From: an uncultured Clostridium sp.
GTDB lineage: Bacteria; Bacillota; Clostridia; TANB77; CAG-508
NCBI GenBank assembly: GCA_930987745.1
Contig: CAKNKX010000006.1
Coordinates: forward strand, 799-64,798
Length of the DNA stretch: 64,000 nucleotides
Direction: 5' to 3'
The number at the start of each line of letters is the position of its first letter. Positions within the stretch are counted from its first letter, which is position 1. The position numbers and the translations under genes were made by a program. The notes under the pieces were generated by a model. That model had not been told where the DNA came from and ran no database searches. It saw nothing but the letters and a program-made list of their open reading frames with translations. Positions 1-9,623 of the stretch are shown piece by piece.

Positions 1-1433
1 TATCTTGGAATATTCAAATTATATTCATTTTCTTTAATTTCGTCCATTGTGGCTAAATGCGAATACTTTTCTATTTTCTTTCTTTCCTTATATGTATCTA
101 TAATTTTATCTACATCTTCATCTCTTAATCTATTTTTGTTTTTTCCTGGTTCAAAATCTTTTGAGGCGTCTATAAATAGTATATTATCATTTGTTCTACA
201 CTTTTTAAAAACTAATATACATGTTGGAATTGAAGTTCCATAAAATATGTTTGCTGGTAATCCTATTACTGCATCTAAATAGTTCTTGTCTTCTATTAAA
301 TACCTTCTTATAACACCTTCACTAGCACCTCTAAATAGCACACCATGAGGCAATACTACCGCCATAGTTCCATTATCATCCAACAAATATATCATATGTT
401 GAACAAATGCATAATCAGCTTTTGATTTTGGAGCTAATTTTCCATAGTTACTAAATCTTTCATCATTTAAAAATTTAGGATCTGCTGACCATTTTGCAGA
501 ATATGGTGGATTAGCCACTATTGCTTGAAATCTCATCTTCATATGCTCTTCACAAGGATTTTCTAAAGTATCACCATTATAAATATCAAATCTATTGAAC
601 GGAACTCTGTGTAATAACATATTCATTCTTGCCAAGTTATAAGTTGTGCTAACTTTTTCTTGCCCATAAAACGCACTTACTTTTACATCCTTTTGCCTTG
701 CTACTCTTAATAATAAAGAACCAGAACCACATGTGGGGTCATATACATTTTTTAAATCCTTTATTTCCATAGTAACAATTTTTGCTAAAATATTTGATAC
801 CTGTTGAGGAGTATAATATTCTCCTGCTTTTTTTCCTGCATTAGCAGCAAATTCTCCTATTAGATATTCGTAAGCATCTCCTAAAACATCTATTTCCGTA
901 TCTTCAAATTTAAAATCTATGTCATTAATTTTAAGCATTATTGTTCCTATTAATTTACTTCTTTCCTTTTCTCCTCTACCCAATTTAGAAGAATTTAAAT
1001 CCATATCCTCAAACAAGTTTTCAAAATCATGTTGACTTGCTTTCCCTAATGTTGATTCTGAAACTTTATTAATTGCTTTATTAAGTATTGAAATGTCAAA
1101 ATTTCCTGTTTTTATTAATTTTATAAGATTTGAAAACAAGTATTCTGGTTCTATTACATATCCTACATCACTGTCCTTTGTTAAATCTTCAATAATTGCC
1201 TCTCTATATTCTTCTTTTTTCCATGCTTGTTCATATGTTAATTTATCACTATTTAACAAATTTCCTTCTATATAGCTTACTAACCTTTCTGATAAAAATC
1301 TATAAAATATTAAGCCTAATATGTAATTTTTGAATTCTGATGCTTCCATTGTTCCTCTTAAATCATTCGCTATGCTCCATAACTTAGAATATAATTCTGT
1401 CTGTTGCTTGTTTTGTTTATCAGCTACATCCAT
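1..1433 (-). CDS. hsdM: Type I restriction-modification DNA methyltransferase subunit HsdM (C-terminus runs off the left window edge)
   Basis: It is absent from the ORF track because it is open to the edge. My minus-strand translation from the ATG at 1433 gives MDVADKQNKQQTELYSKLWSIANDLRGTMEASEFKNYILGLIFYRFLSE. Further on come GEYYTPQQVS, YDPTCGSGSLLL (SAM-binding loop) and VANPPYSAKW (NPPY motif of N6-adenine methyltransferases). It starts 14 nt after the hsdR stop. Confidence 0.9.
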   Translation of the reverse strand, partial: MDVADKQNKQQTELYSKLWSIANDLRGTMEASEFKNYILGLIFYRFLSERLVSYIEGNLLNSDKLTYEQAWKKEEYREAIIEDLTKDSDVGYVIEPEYLFSNLIKLIKTGNFDISILNKAINKVSESTLGKASQHDFENLFEDMDLNSSKLGRGEKERSKLIGTIMLKINDIDFKFEDTEIDVLGDAYEYLIGEFAANAGKKAGEYYTPQQVSNILAKIVTMEIKDLKNVYDPTCGSGSLLLRVARQKDVKVSAFYGQEKVSTTYNLARMNMLLHRVPFNRFDIYNGDTLENPCEEHMKMRFQAIVANPPYSAKWSADPKFLNDERFSNYGKLAPKSKADYAFVQHMIYLLDDNGTMAVVLPHGVLFRGASEGVIRRYLIEDKNYLDAVIGLPANIFYGTSIPTCILVFKKCRTNDNILFIDASKDFEPGKNKNRLRDEDVDKIIDTYKERKKIEKYSHLATMDEIKENEYNLNIPR

Positions 1434-1447
1434 TTCTATTTCTCCTT

Positions 1448-4201
1448 CTATTTAAATTTGTTTATTAGATTTATAATAAACTCTTTTATTGATTTAGTTA
1501 TATTTACTTTTTCAATTAATGGTTTATTTATTTCCTCTTTAATTTTACCAGTATCTAAAATTCCTGAATATTCATATTCTCCTATAATATCATTTAATAA
1601 ATTAATATCTATATCATATTTCTTTGCTATTTGTTCTATTTCCTTTTTCTTATGCTCATCCATAAAGTTGTAGTAATTTTCTTCAATTGAATCGTTTTCA
1701 TTAAGTGTTGGTATAATTTTATTCAAGAATTCTCTAATTAAATCAGACTTTAATCTTAAATCTTTATTGTCTGCATTTTCCAATTTGTTTAAAATTTCTT
1801 TTATATCTTTCTCTTTTTGTTCTTTATCTTTTAAATCTATTGATTTCATTAAGTTCAAAATATAATCTACATTTATTTTATCTGTATACATTAATTCCAA
1901 CTCAAAATCAATATCATTTAATATACTAACTTTATTTTGTGCATCTCTGCTAGTAGCTAAATCTAAGTATTTACTCTTATAATCAAGATATTCTTGATGA
2001 GATATACCTACTTCTTCCTCTGTAAACTTAAACTCTCTAAAAATTCTAAGTTTGATTAATATTTTTGTTAATTCTCTAAAAATAATTATAAATTGTTTTT
2101 TCTGTTCTTCTGATTGGATTGTATCAATGAATTCAACTGTTGGTGCAAACTCTTTTAATTCTTTTGCTCTTTTAATAAATTTTTCTTTATAGTATTCATA
2201 TGGTTTTAATAATACTTCATCTGGATCACTTGTATCAGAAAAAATTCTAATTGCTTCATCTACTGCTTTCTTTGTTGTTCTAAAACTTACTATATTACCT
2301 TGAGTTTTTGTAGCTTTTTCTACTCTATTTGTTCTCGAAAATGCTTGTATCAAATCATGATATTTAAGTGCCTTATCAACATATAAAGTATTTAACTTTT
2401 TACTATCAAATCCTGTTAAAAACATATTTACTACAATTAAAATATCTATTTCAGCATTTTTTACTCTTTTAGATACATCTTTAAAATATGCATCAAAAGT
2501 ATTTACAGAATAGTTTGTATCAAACATTTCATTATAATCTTTTATTATTCTTTCCAAACTTTCAAATGAAAGTTCATCTTTTCCCTCATAATCTTCATTT
2601 GGTCCATATGTAAAAATCGCAGCTATTTTTAAGTTTGTTTTTTTAGATTTAAAACAATCATAATATTTTACTAATTGAGGAATACTTGATGTCGCAAATA
2701 TTGCAGTATACATCATATCATTTGTTTTTATTGGATGCATAGAAAGTATTCCTTCTGTAATATTATTGATTCTTTCATCTGCCATATATGCTTCTTCTGT
2801 ATTAATTCCTTCGACTTCTACATAATCTATATTATCTAAATTAGCATCTATTGTTTTATAATAATCTACTGAAAATCCCAATACATTTCCATCATTTATA
2901 GCATCTTTCAATAAATATTTGTGCAAGCATTTTTCAAAAATGTCCGCAGTAGTTCTTCCATCTTGACTTCTGTTTTCTGGGAATCTCGGTGTTCCAGTAA
3001 ATCCAAAATATTGTGCTTTGTTGAAGTACATCTTTATAGCTTTATGCATATCTCCAAATTGGCTTCTGTGACATTCGTCTATAATAAATACTACTTTTTC
3101 ATCCCTATATTTCTCCATTAATTCTGCATATCTAGGATTATTAATTGCATTAGCCATTTTCTGAATAGTTGTTATTATCAATGGTTTCGTAGAATCTTGT
3201 ATATTTTTCACTAATTTATATGTACTATTTGTAAAATCTACAGAACCAGGTTCAAATTTATTAAATTCATCAAAAGTTTGTGTATCTAAGTCTTTTCTAT
3301 CTACTAAGAAAAATACTTGCTTTATGCTTGGTTCATTTGCTAATATTTGACTTGCTTTAAATGAGGTTAGGGTTTTCCCTGAACCAGTAGTATGCCATAT
3401 ATATCCATTATTACTTGTTTCTAATGCTCGTTTTACCAATGCTTCTACTGCATATACTTGATATGGTCTCATTACCATTAACTGTTTGTCCGTTTCATTT
3501 ATAATCATATACCTAGCAATCATTTTAGACACAAAACATTTCTCTAAAAAATACATTGAAAATTCACTTAAATTACTTATTCTATTATTTTCTTCATCTG
3601 TCCAGAAAAATGTATATCCAAAATTTATTTCACCATCTGTATTTGCAAAATATTTTGTATTTACTCCGTTACTTACTACATATATTTGTATAAACTTGTA
3701 TAATTCTTTATATGATGTTCTTCTATATCTTTCAATTTGATTTACTGCTTCTTTTAATGTTTTTCCTCTTGCTTTTAATTCTATTTGTATCAATGGTAAT
3801 CCATTAATAAATAATGTAACATCATATCTAGTCTCTCTTTCACCTGTTATACTTGTTATTTGATTTGAAACTTGATATATATTTTTACACCATTGTCTTG
3901 TGTTAAACAATTCTATATATATCTTTTCACCATTATCTCTCTCTATACATTGTTTTTCTCTTAGAATCTTACTACTTGCAAATACTCCTTTTCCAGTAAT
4001 CATTGTGTACAATCTTTCAAACTCTCTGTCTGATAATTCTTTACCCTTTAATTCAATTTTGTTATGAGCATTAACTTGTTTTCTAAAATTTTCTTTTACA
4101 TCATCTAAATTATTTAACTTTACTCTTGTATACCCCAATAATTCTAAATGTTTTATTAATTTTTCTTCTAACATCGCTTCACTTTCATATTCTTTAGACA
4201 T
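1448..4201 (-). CDS. hsdR: Type I restriction enzyme R subunit HsdR (SF2 translocase/endonuclease)
   Basis: 917-aa ORF with an HsdR-type N-terminus (MSKEYESEAMLEEKLIKHLELLGY). Helicase motifs are present: HTTGSGKTLT (Walker A), IIDECHRSQFG (DEAH-type box) and FGFTGTP. It lies directly upstream of hsdM. Confidence 0.9.
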   Translation of the reverse strand: MSKEYESEAMLEEKLIKHLELLGYTRVKLNNLDDVKENFRKQVNAHNKIELKGKELSDREFERLYTMITGKGVFASSKILREKQCIERDNGEKIYIELFNTRQWCKNIYQVSNQITSITGERETRYDVTLFINGLPLIQIELKARGKTLKEAVNQIERYRRTSYKELYKFIQIYVVSNGVNTKYFANTDGEINFGYTFFWTDEENNRISNLSEFSMYFLEKCFVSKMIARYMIINETDKQLMVMRPYQVYAVEALVKRALETSNNGYIWHTTGSGKTLTSFKASQILANEPSIKQVFFLVDRKDLDTQTFDEFNKFEPGSVDFTNSTYKLVKNIQDSTKPLIITTIQKMANAINNPRYAELMEKYRDEKVVFIIDECHRSQFGDMHKAIKMYFNKAQYFGFTGTPRFPENRSQDGRTTADIFEKCLHKYLLKDAINDGNVLGFSVDYYKTIDANLDNIDYVEVEGINTEEAYMADERINNITEGILSMHPIKTNDMMYTAIFATSSIPQLVKYYDCFKSKKTNLKIAAIFTYGPNEDYEGKDELSFESLERIIKDYNEMFDTNYSVNTFDAYFKDVSKRVKNAEIDILIVVNMFLTGFDSKKLNTLYVDKALKYHDLIQAFSRTNRVEKATKTQGNIVSFRTTKKAVDEAIRIFSDTSDPDEVLLKPYEYYKEKFIKRAKELKEFAPTVEFIDTIQSEEQKKQFIIIFRELTKILIKLRIFREFKFTEEEVGISHQEYLDYKSKYLDLATSRDAQNKVSILNDIDFELELMYTDKINVDYILNLMKSIDLKDKEQKEKDIKEILNKLENADNKDLRLKSDLIREFLNKIIPTLNENDSIEENYYNFMDEHKKKEIEQIAKKYDIDINLLNDIIGEYEYSGILDTGKIKEEINKPLIEKVNITKSIKEFIINLINKFK

Positions 4202-4369
4202 ATTTAGCCCCCAATTTTTATATAAAAATTCGATTTTATTCTATCATAAAAGTATTTTTTTTACAATATCTACAAAATCTCTAGTGAAATAGCCTTTTTA
4301 TTGTTTTATCTCTGAATATATGATAAAATATAACATATTATATAATATATTAATTGTAAAGGAGTTATT

Positions 4370-5305
4370 ATGAAAACTGCACTTGAAATTACAAATGATT
4401 TAACCAAGGTATTAAAAGAAACAAAAAATATCGAATTTAATTTATACTTTTATAAGAAACGTTCTTCTCAAGGTAAACCATACTTTGAATGTTTTAGTGT
4501 TGATATAAAAGATTTATATAATGATTATAGTGATTTAGCTCATAATCTGATTACAAATCATATTAATAAAAAAGAATTAAAAATGTATTCTCCCGAAATG
4601 CCAAAAAATAGTATTGGCTATATTGATATATCCAAAGAAGGTAATATTTTAAAACCTTCATTAAATTTGATTGATACAGGATTAATTAATTCACAACCTT
4701 TCAATTTAAAATTTTATAAACATAATGGATATATTATAGAAATAAAAATAGATGGAATAACTTATGCAAGATTTTTCACAAGTTCTGGTGTTTTAAAAAC
4801 TTACTCCAAAACTTTTTCTTGGAATGTTTCTACTTTTAACAGAATTGATAAACCAACCTTCGAATTAAAAAATTATTGTGATTTGGTTGTCTTTAATGAT
4901 TATTGTTTATTTTTTACTAATAAAGCCGAATGTATCCTTGACTTAGATAGACAATATAAACGAATTGCCGAGAAATCTTTGAACTTCCTTAAAACTTGTT
5001 CATTAATAGAAAATTTTGAAAAGTTTTCGGCTTACTCTTCAGAATATCCAAGAATTTTAAAATTTGATACATTTGATGAGGAGCGTATAAATCAATTTGT
5101 GAATTTACCATTAAATGAAAAAAAAGAATTAATCACTAAAATGGATCTAAAATGTAATGGTTCAGGCAATATACTTATTGATTCCAAAGAAGACTCTGAA
5201 AAGGTATTAAATTTTTTATGTAGCAAATTATTTGTAGATTTTACAAATGATTGCTATGAAGCATCCTATATAAAGAAATTAACACCTACTCAAGAATCTC
5301 AGTAA
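4370..5305 (+). CDS. Hypothetical protein (accessory cargo; the DUF4868/KwaB-like assignment rests on size only and is unverified)
   Basis: 311-aa ORF with an AAGGAG RBS 5 nt upstream of the ATG. I recognise no catalytic motif. Its 3' end overlaps the convergent membrane-protein gene by 20 nt. Confidence 0.6.
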   Translation: MKTALEITNDLTKVLKETKNIEFNLYFYKKRSSQGKPYFECFSVDIKDLYNDYSDLAHNLITNHINKKELKMYSPEMPKNSIGYIDISKEGNILKPSLNLIDTGLINSQPFNLKFYKHNGYIIEIKIDGITYARFFTSSGVLKTYSKTFSWNVSTFNRIDKPTFELKNYCDLVVFNDYCLFFTNKAECILDLDRQYKRIAEKSLNFLKTCSLIENFEKFSAYSSEYPRILKFDTFDEERINQFVNLPLNEKKELITKMDLKCNGSGNILIDSKEDSEKVLNFLCSKLFVDFTNDCYEASYIKKLTPTQESQ

Positions 5306-5831
5306 CTAATATTACTTCGCTGTCAAGCCATATTACTTTAACTTTACTAATAGAATAACTATGAATAAACTTTGATTTAGAAATAACATAGATATCTTTT
5401 TCTCCCATTTTGGCTATATAATTAGTATACCCAAGTAATTCAAGAACAGGATTATACATTATTAAGTTGTATTTAACATATAAGAACATTAATATAAAAA
5501 ATATTACCAAAAAGCTTATTAGCTGTTGTTTGTTGCTAAAATCAAACGCTACTAATGGAAGAATATTACTAAAAATATATGTTAAGCTCATTTCTTTCAT
5601 TGGCTTTATATTTGACAACTCTATTTGCTTAACCAAATATTTTTGTTTTTTTATTTTTATTAATATTCCTATAAGTAAAACTACTAATAGCACCATCATT
5701 ATTAATAATGTTAGTAATAATGGTTGCCTATCTAATCTTGTTTCTATATCCACATATTGTATAAATAAAACCAAAAATAATGGCAAGTTAGAAGTAAGAT
5801 ATAAAATATATCTTAAAAATTTATTTAACAT
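5286..5831 (-). CDS. Small integral membrane protein (about 4 TM helices plus a soluble C-terminal tail of about 55 aa)
   Basis: 181-aa ORF. Hydrophobic stretches are LRYILYLTSNLPLFLVLFIQYV, LLLTLLIMMVLLVVLLIGILI, LTYIFSNILPLVAF and LISFLVIFFILMFLYV. It is convergent with, and overlaps, 4370-5305. Confidence 0.6.
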   Translation of the reverse strand: MLNKFLRYILYLTSNLPLFLVLFIQYVDIETRLDRQPLLLTLLIMMVLLVVLLIGILIKIKKQKYLVKQIELSNIKPMKEMSLTYIFSNILPLVAFDFSNKQQLISFLVIFFILMFLYVKYNLIMYNPVLELLGYTNYIAKMGEKDIYVISKSKFIHSYSISKVKVIWLDSEVILVTEILE

Positions 5832-5935
5832 TATTTTCTCCTTTCATTCGTAATTATAACAAATAATTATAATTTTGTATATATTTTTAAGATGAAAACC
5901 AGTGATCATACTGATTTTCATCTAACTTATCTATA

Positions 5936-6892
5936 CTATCTATGTTTATGATAAATACAATTAACTTCAATTGCTATATTTAAATATTTTCTAATATATT
6001 CTACATATTCATAAAAACAAACCACTTTAACTTTTATATCTGAATGAAAATCATCTGTTGCTAAATAATTAAGATAATCCATAAGATAAAAATTTGCAAA
6101 TGGCATATAAAAAATATAAGTATATGCATTATTTTCTTTAATGTAGTACTCTTCAAAAAAACTCTTGGCTTTTAAAGATATTAATTTATCTCCGAAAATT
6201 TCACGCACTTTATTATTCATAAATTTTTCATTTTTTATAATCTCAAAAATCTCCCATGCTTTTTTATTATATGGAATTATATAAGATTCTTTATATCTAA
6301 TTTTTTCAAATTTAGGATTATACAAATATTTTTCATCTTCTGTAAAAACAATTAATCCATTAAATTGGCTTTTATTCCTGTCAATTTCTTTATCAATATA
6401 CTTTAATTCTCTTGGTGTAATATCTTTATGTAGAAAATAAACTATATAAGATCTTTTGAAAAAATCCTCATCACTTTCTTGCCACCATCTTTTTTCTCTC
6501 GACATGACACCAATAAATCTATTACCTCTTTTAGTATAAGTATTTACACTACACCTCCAACTTGGCTCAAAGTACCATCCAGCTAATTGTACTTTACAAG
6601 AAACATCACTAATTCTTTCCATTCTCCTTTTATAAGTTTCATTTCTATTTATATTTCTATAACCTAATCCTATTTTATTTAAATAGCTTTTGCCTTTTCT
6701 TCCTAATACAACTTTTCCATATAATCGTTCTACAAACTCACCCTTTGCTAAACTTGCTAATCTATTTTTATAATAATATTTTGAATCATAAAACAATTTA
6801 ACATTTTCATTTGTAATAATTCCATATTCAGCTAAATACATTATAAAATTGAAATCTCTATTCCTTAAACATATCCTCTTTTCTTTTTCCAC
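5936..6892 (-). CDS. Hypothetical protein of the cryptic element
   Basis: 318-aa ORF with a GTG start preceded by AGGAGGTGA. It is the last gene of the minus-strand replication-module operon. I cannot name a motif. Confidence 0.6.
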   Translation of the reverse strand: MEKEKRICLRNRDFNFIMYLAEYGIITNENVKLFYDSKYYYKNRLASLAKGEFVERLYGKVVLGRKGKSYLNKIGLGYRNINRNETYKRRMERISDVSCKVQLAGWYFEPSWRCSVNTYTKRGNRFIGVMSREKRWWQESDEDFFKRSYIVYFLHKDITPRELKYIDKEIDRNKSQFNGLIVFTEDEKYLYNPKFEKIRYKESYIIPYNKKAWEIFEIIKNEKFMNNKVREIFGDKLISLKAKSFFEEYYIKENNAYTYIFYMPFANFYLMDYLNYLATDDFHSDIKVKVVCFYEYVEYIRKYLNIAIEVNCIYHKHR

Positions 6893-7099
6893 TTAAATCA
6901 CCTCCTACCTTTTTACATTTCTACCTATCTTCCAACTTACTTCTATGCGACAGAAGACACAAGATTACCATCTTGTGCCTCCAGTCGCCCTTACATGTAT
7001 TTATATGTTTTTTCTGTTACGTACTCCCTACCTATGTACAATTTTTAAACACAAAAAATGTCTATTTTGCTTTATTTTTAGGTATTTCTATATTTATTA

Positions 7100-7174
7100 A
7101 AAAGTGTGATTTTTTGAAAGTCCCAAAAGTGTGACTAGTTGGATATTTTAAAATTGATTAATAATCACACTTTT
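7100..7174. repeat. Three copies of AAAAGTGTGA (two direct at 7100-7109 and 7125-7134, one inverted at 7165-7174)
   Basis: Read directly. The inverted copy overlaps the stop codon of the 7165-7788 gene. Confidence 0.7.
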
Positions 7175-7788
7175 TCAAAATATTCTTTAGGATTTATATT
7201 ACAAATATTTTGAATATTTCTTTTTTCTCCAATAAATATTTTTATATAATTTTCTCTGTCATTAATTCCTTCTAACATATAGCTTACATACTTAATATTA
7301 TCATCTGTAATAAGTCCTCCATAAACAAATCCATTAAAAATATATCTTAAATCTCTATTATCTATATCCCAATTATTTCTTGGTACACTTACTTGCACTC
7401 TAATAATAACTTCTTTATTAGCGAATAACCCTTTGTACTTTTCTCCTATTGCTTGGCAAGTATTCTCTAATCTTTTATTATTATAGGGTGTTCTTACTGG
7501 TGGCAATAATTCATGTATCTTTATTTTTAAGATTTCATTTGAATATTCACTTTCATACTGACTTATACCATCTTCTTTTTCTGGTAAAGGTTCTTCTCCT
7601 ATTAATGGTCTTTTTAGTTTTATATATTTATATATCGCATTTCTAAATAATTCTGTTCTGTATAAAACTTGATAAATATTGTGTTCATTTATATCATCTT
7701 GCATATATTCATTTGCAACACTTAAAAACTCGCCTAATCTTTTTCTAAAGTTATTTCTATCATATGTTGCAATTCCTCTCTCAAACAT
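7165..7788 (-). CDS. Hypothetical protein with a RusA-like (Holliday junction resolvase) C-terminal motif
   Basis: 207 aa. NWDIDNRDLRYIFNGFVYGGLITDDNIKYV matches the RusA pattern D-x-D-N, then 17 residues, then D-D, with the same spacing as E. coli RusA (DLDN...LDD). It sits after the DnaC-like gene in a phage-type replication module. Confidence 0.5.
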   Translation of the reverse strand: MFERGIATYDRNNFRKRLGEFLSVANEYMQDDINEHNIYQVLYRTELFRNAIYKYIKLKRPLIGEEPLPEKEDGISQYESEYSNEILKIKIHELLPPVRTPYNNKRLENTCQAIGEKYKGLFANKEVIIRVQVSVPRNNWDIDNRDLRYIFNGFVYGGLITDDNIKYVSYMLEGINDRENYIKIFIGEKRNIQNICNINPKEYFEKV

Positions 7789-7879
7789 TTTTACCTCCTT
7801 CCTAGCTATTTTTTATATTATCCCTCCTAATTTATATTCCATCACTATAAATAGCTACATTATTTTCGAATTTTATATT

Positions 7880-8746
7880 CTATAATCTCTTCCCCTTGCA
7901 TTCCACTCTATAGCACATATTAGATAATCTTGATATTATAGAATCTGTTGTTTTACATACTTTGTTTGGTATGCTTAATCGTTTTTTTAAAGCTTCCATA
8001 TCATAATTTGTTGTTATAATAAATGGTAGCTCATTTATCAATCTTTCATTTATAATTGTAAATAATTTAGACAACAACCAATCATTCATTGGTTCTACTC
8101 CTAAATCATCTATTACTAATAAATCTACTTTTGTATATAATTTTGTTAATTCACTTTCTGTATGATTTTTATAACATATAGCATACTTTTCCACTAATTG
8201 TGTTAATGTTCCAAATATTATTGGTACATTATTCTTTAATAATTCATTACATATCGCCATTGAAATATGTGTTTTTCCTGTTCCATTTTTTCCTACAAAT
8301 ATAATTCCCTTTTTCATATCATTAAAATCTGTTAAAAATTTTTGAGCTGCTAATTTTGTTTTTATATTTTGCTCATCTATAATAAAATTCTCCAAAGTTT
8401 TTTGTTTAAATTGTTTTGTTATAAAATCTGTTCCATAATATTGTTTAATTTTTTTGTTGTATTCTTCTTTTCTAAAATTCTCATATTGTTTCATCAATTC
8501 TTCTTGTAACTTTTCTTTTACTTTTTCTCTTTCTTCTGTTGCTTGTTTGCAATCACATTTTTCATTTTCTATAAATACATTTATACTTTTATTTATTGGA
8601 TTTAATATTCCTCTTGGTTTCAAAACTTTATTACAATATTTGCATCTAGTTGCTTTAGGTATATTTGCTTTTATTGGATAACCGTTTTGCAAGATTTCTT
8701 CTAAACTATATAAAGTCTTTGATTTTTCCATAACTCTGTTCTCCAT
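7880..8746 (-). CDS. DnaC/IstB-like AAA+ ATPase (phage-type helicase loader) with an N-terminal Cys cluster
   Basis: 288 aa with Walker A GKNGTGKTHISMA and Walker B LLVIDDLGVE. N-terminal cysteines are CKYCNK...CDC. It overlaps the upstream replisome-organizer gene. Confidence 0.8.
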   Translation of the reverse strand: MENRVMEKSKTLYSLEEILQNGYPIKANIPKATRCKYCNKVLKPRGILNPINKSINVFIENEKCDCKQATEEREKVKEKLQEELMKQYENFRKEEYNKKIKQYYGTDFITKQFKQKTLENFIIDEQNIKTKLAAQKFLTDFNDMKKGIIFVGKNGTGKTHISMAICNELLKNNVPIIFGTLTQLVEKYAICYKNHTESELTKLYTKVDLLVIDDLGVEPMNDWLLSKLFTIINERLINELPFIITTNYDMEALKKRLSIPNKVCKTTDSIISRLSNMCYRVECKGKRL

Positions 8747-9182
8747 CTTTCACACCTCCTTCTGTTTTTATTTCTTTTTTTAATTCTTTTTCTCTTTCTA
8801 TATCCACATTTTTTACATCTTTTGTGGAATCTTTTTTAATATGTAAGCCTTTCTCCTGTAGATTTTGATACTTATTCCAATTTTTTATTTTATAGCCATA
8901 TTCATCTTGTATAATCATGCTATATTCCTGGAAAATATCTAGTGCATTCTCGATACTTTTCTGATTTCTACCCATATGATGTGCTAATGTTTCTATGGTA
9001 AAAAACTTATTTTCACTTATTTTTAAATATCCTCCAGATTCACAATTTGCTGCTATTGCTAAACAATTTATAAAAATTACAATAAGCCTATCTCCATCCT
9101 TTTTTCTTTTAATTTGTTTGATCTTCTCATTGTCAAAAAAATTGTTGTAAAACTTAAACCAATATCTTTTTCCTCCTTTCAC
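8706..9182 (-). CDS. Phage replisome organizer / DnaD-like N-terminal domain protein
   Basis: 158 aa. The N-terminus RYWFKFYNNFFDNEKIKQI...LIVIFINCLAIAANCESGGYL fits the YWFKL..FFD..KI pattern of phage replisome organizer N-terminal domains. It lies directly upstream of the DnaC-like gene. Confidence 0.65.
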   Translation of the reverse strand: MKGGKRYWFKFYNNFFDNEKIKQIKRKKDGDRLIVIFINCLAIAANCESGGYLKISENKFFTIETLAHHMGRNQKSIENALDIFQEYSMIIQDEYGYKIKNWNKYQNLQEKGLHIKKDSTKDVKNVDIEREKELKKEIKTEGGVKDGEQSYGKIKDFI

Positions 9183-9217
9183 TAATAATCACCTACCTTC
9201 TTAGTAAAATACTTTTT

Positions 9218-9457
9218 TTAGAAATTAGAAAAATCATATTTTACTTTTTTCTTTGGTTCTTCTAGACTATCTTGAATATATTTGTCTAGAATTTCTTTTG
9301 TGAATAGTGTTTTAGATTCAATTTTGTAATATGGTATTTTCTTTTCTCTTACTAATTTACGAATTAGCCAATATGAAATACCCAAATATTCTGCTGCTTC
9401 TACTGAATCTAAAACTCTTTTTTCTTTTGTGTTTTCATTTAATTTCTCACTATTCAT
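9218..9457 (-). CDS. Excisionase-type (MerR-like) helix-turn-helix DNA-binding protein
   Basis: 79 aa. VLDSVEAAEYLGISYWLIRKLVREKKIPYYKI is a typical Xis/AlpA-like HTH. It is the first gene of the operon divergent from the repressor. Confidence 0.7.
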   Translation of the reverse strand: MNSEKLNENTKEKRVLDSVEAAEYLGISYWLIRKLVREKKIPYYKIESKTLFTKEILDKYIQDSLEEPKKKVKYDFSNF

Positions 9458-9623
9458 ACTATCACCTCCTTCTTTATTCTCATTATGCGTACATAATATA
9501 ATATTTTATTTGTTTTGTAAATACTTTTTTTGAGATTTTTTATGATTATTTTAGTTTTAAATGTTTACAAATAGTATTTTATTGTATATAATGTCCTTAA
9601 TTAGTGAGGGGGAAATTTTTACA

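Noticed and set aside
5891-5922. Hairpin GATGAAAACCAGT...ACTGATTTTCATC as a Rho-independent terminator of the 5936-6892 gene
   Set aside because: The stem is good, but no U-run follows it on either strand, so I did not list it as a terminator feature.
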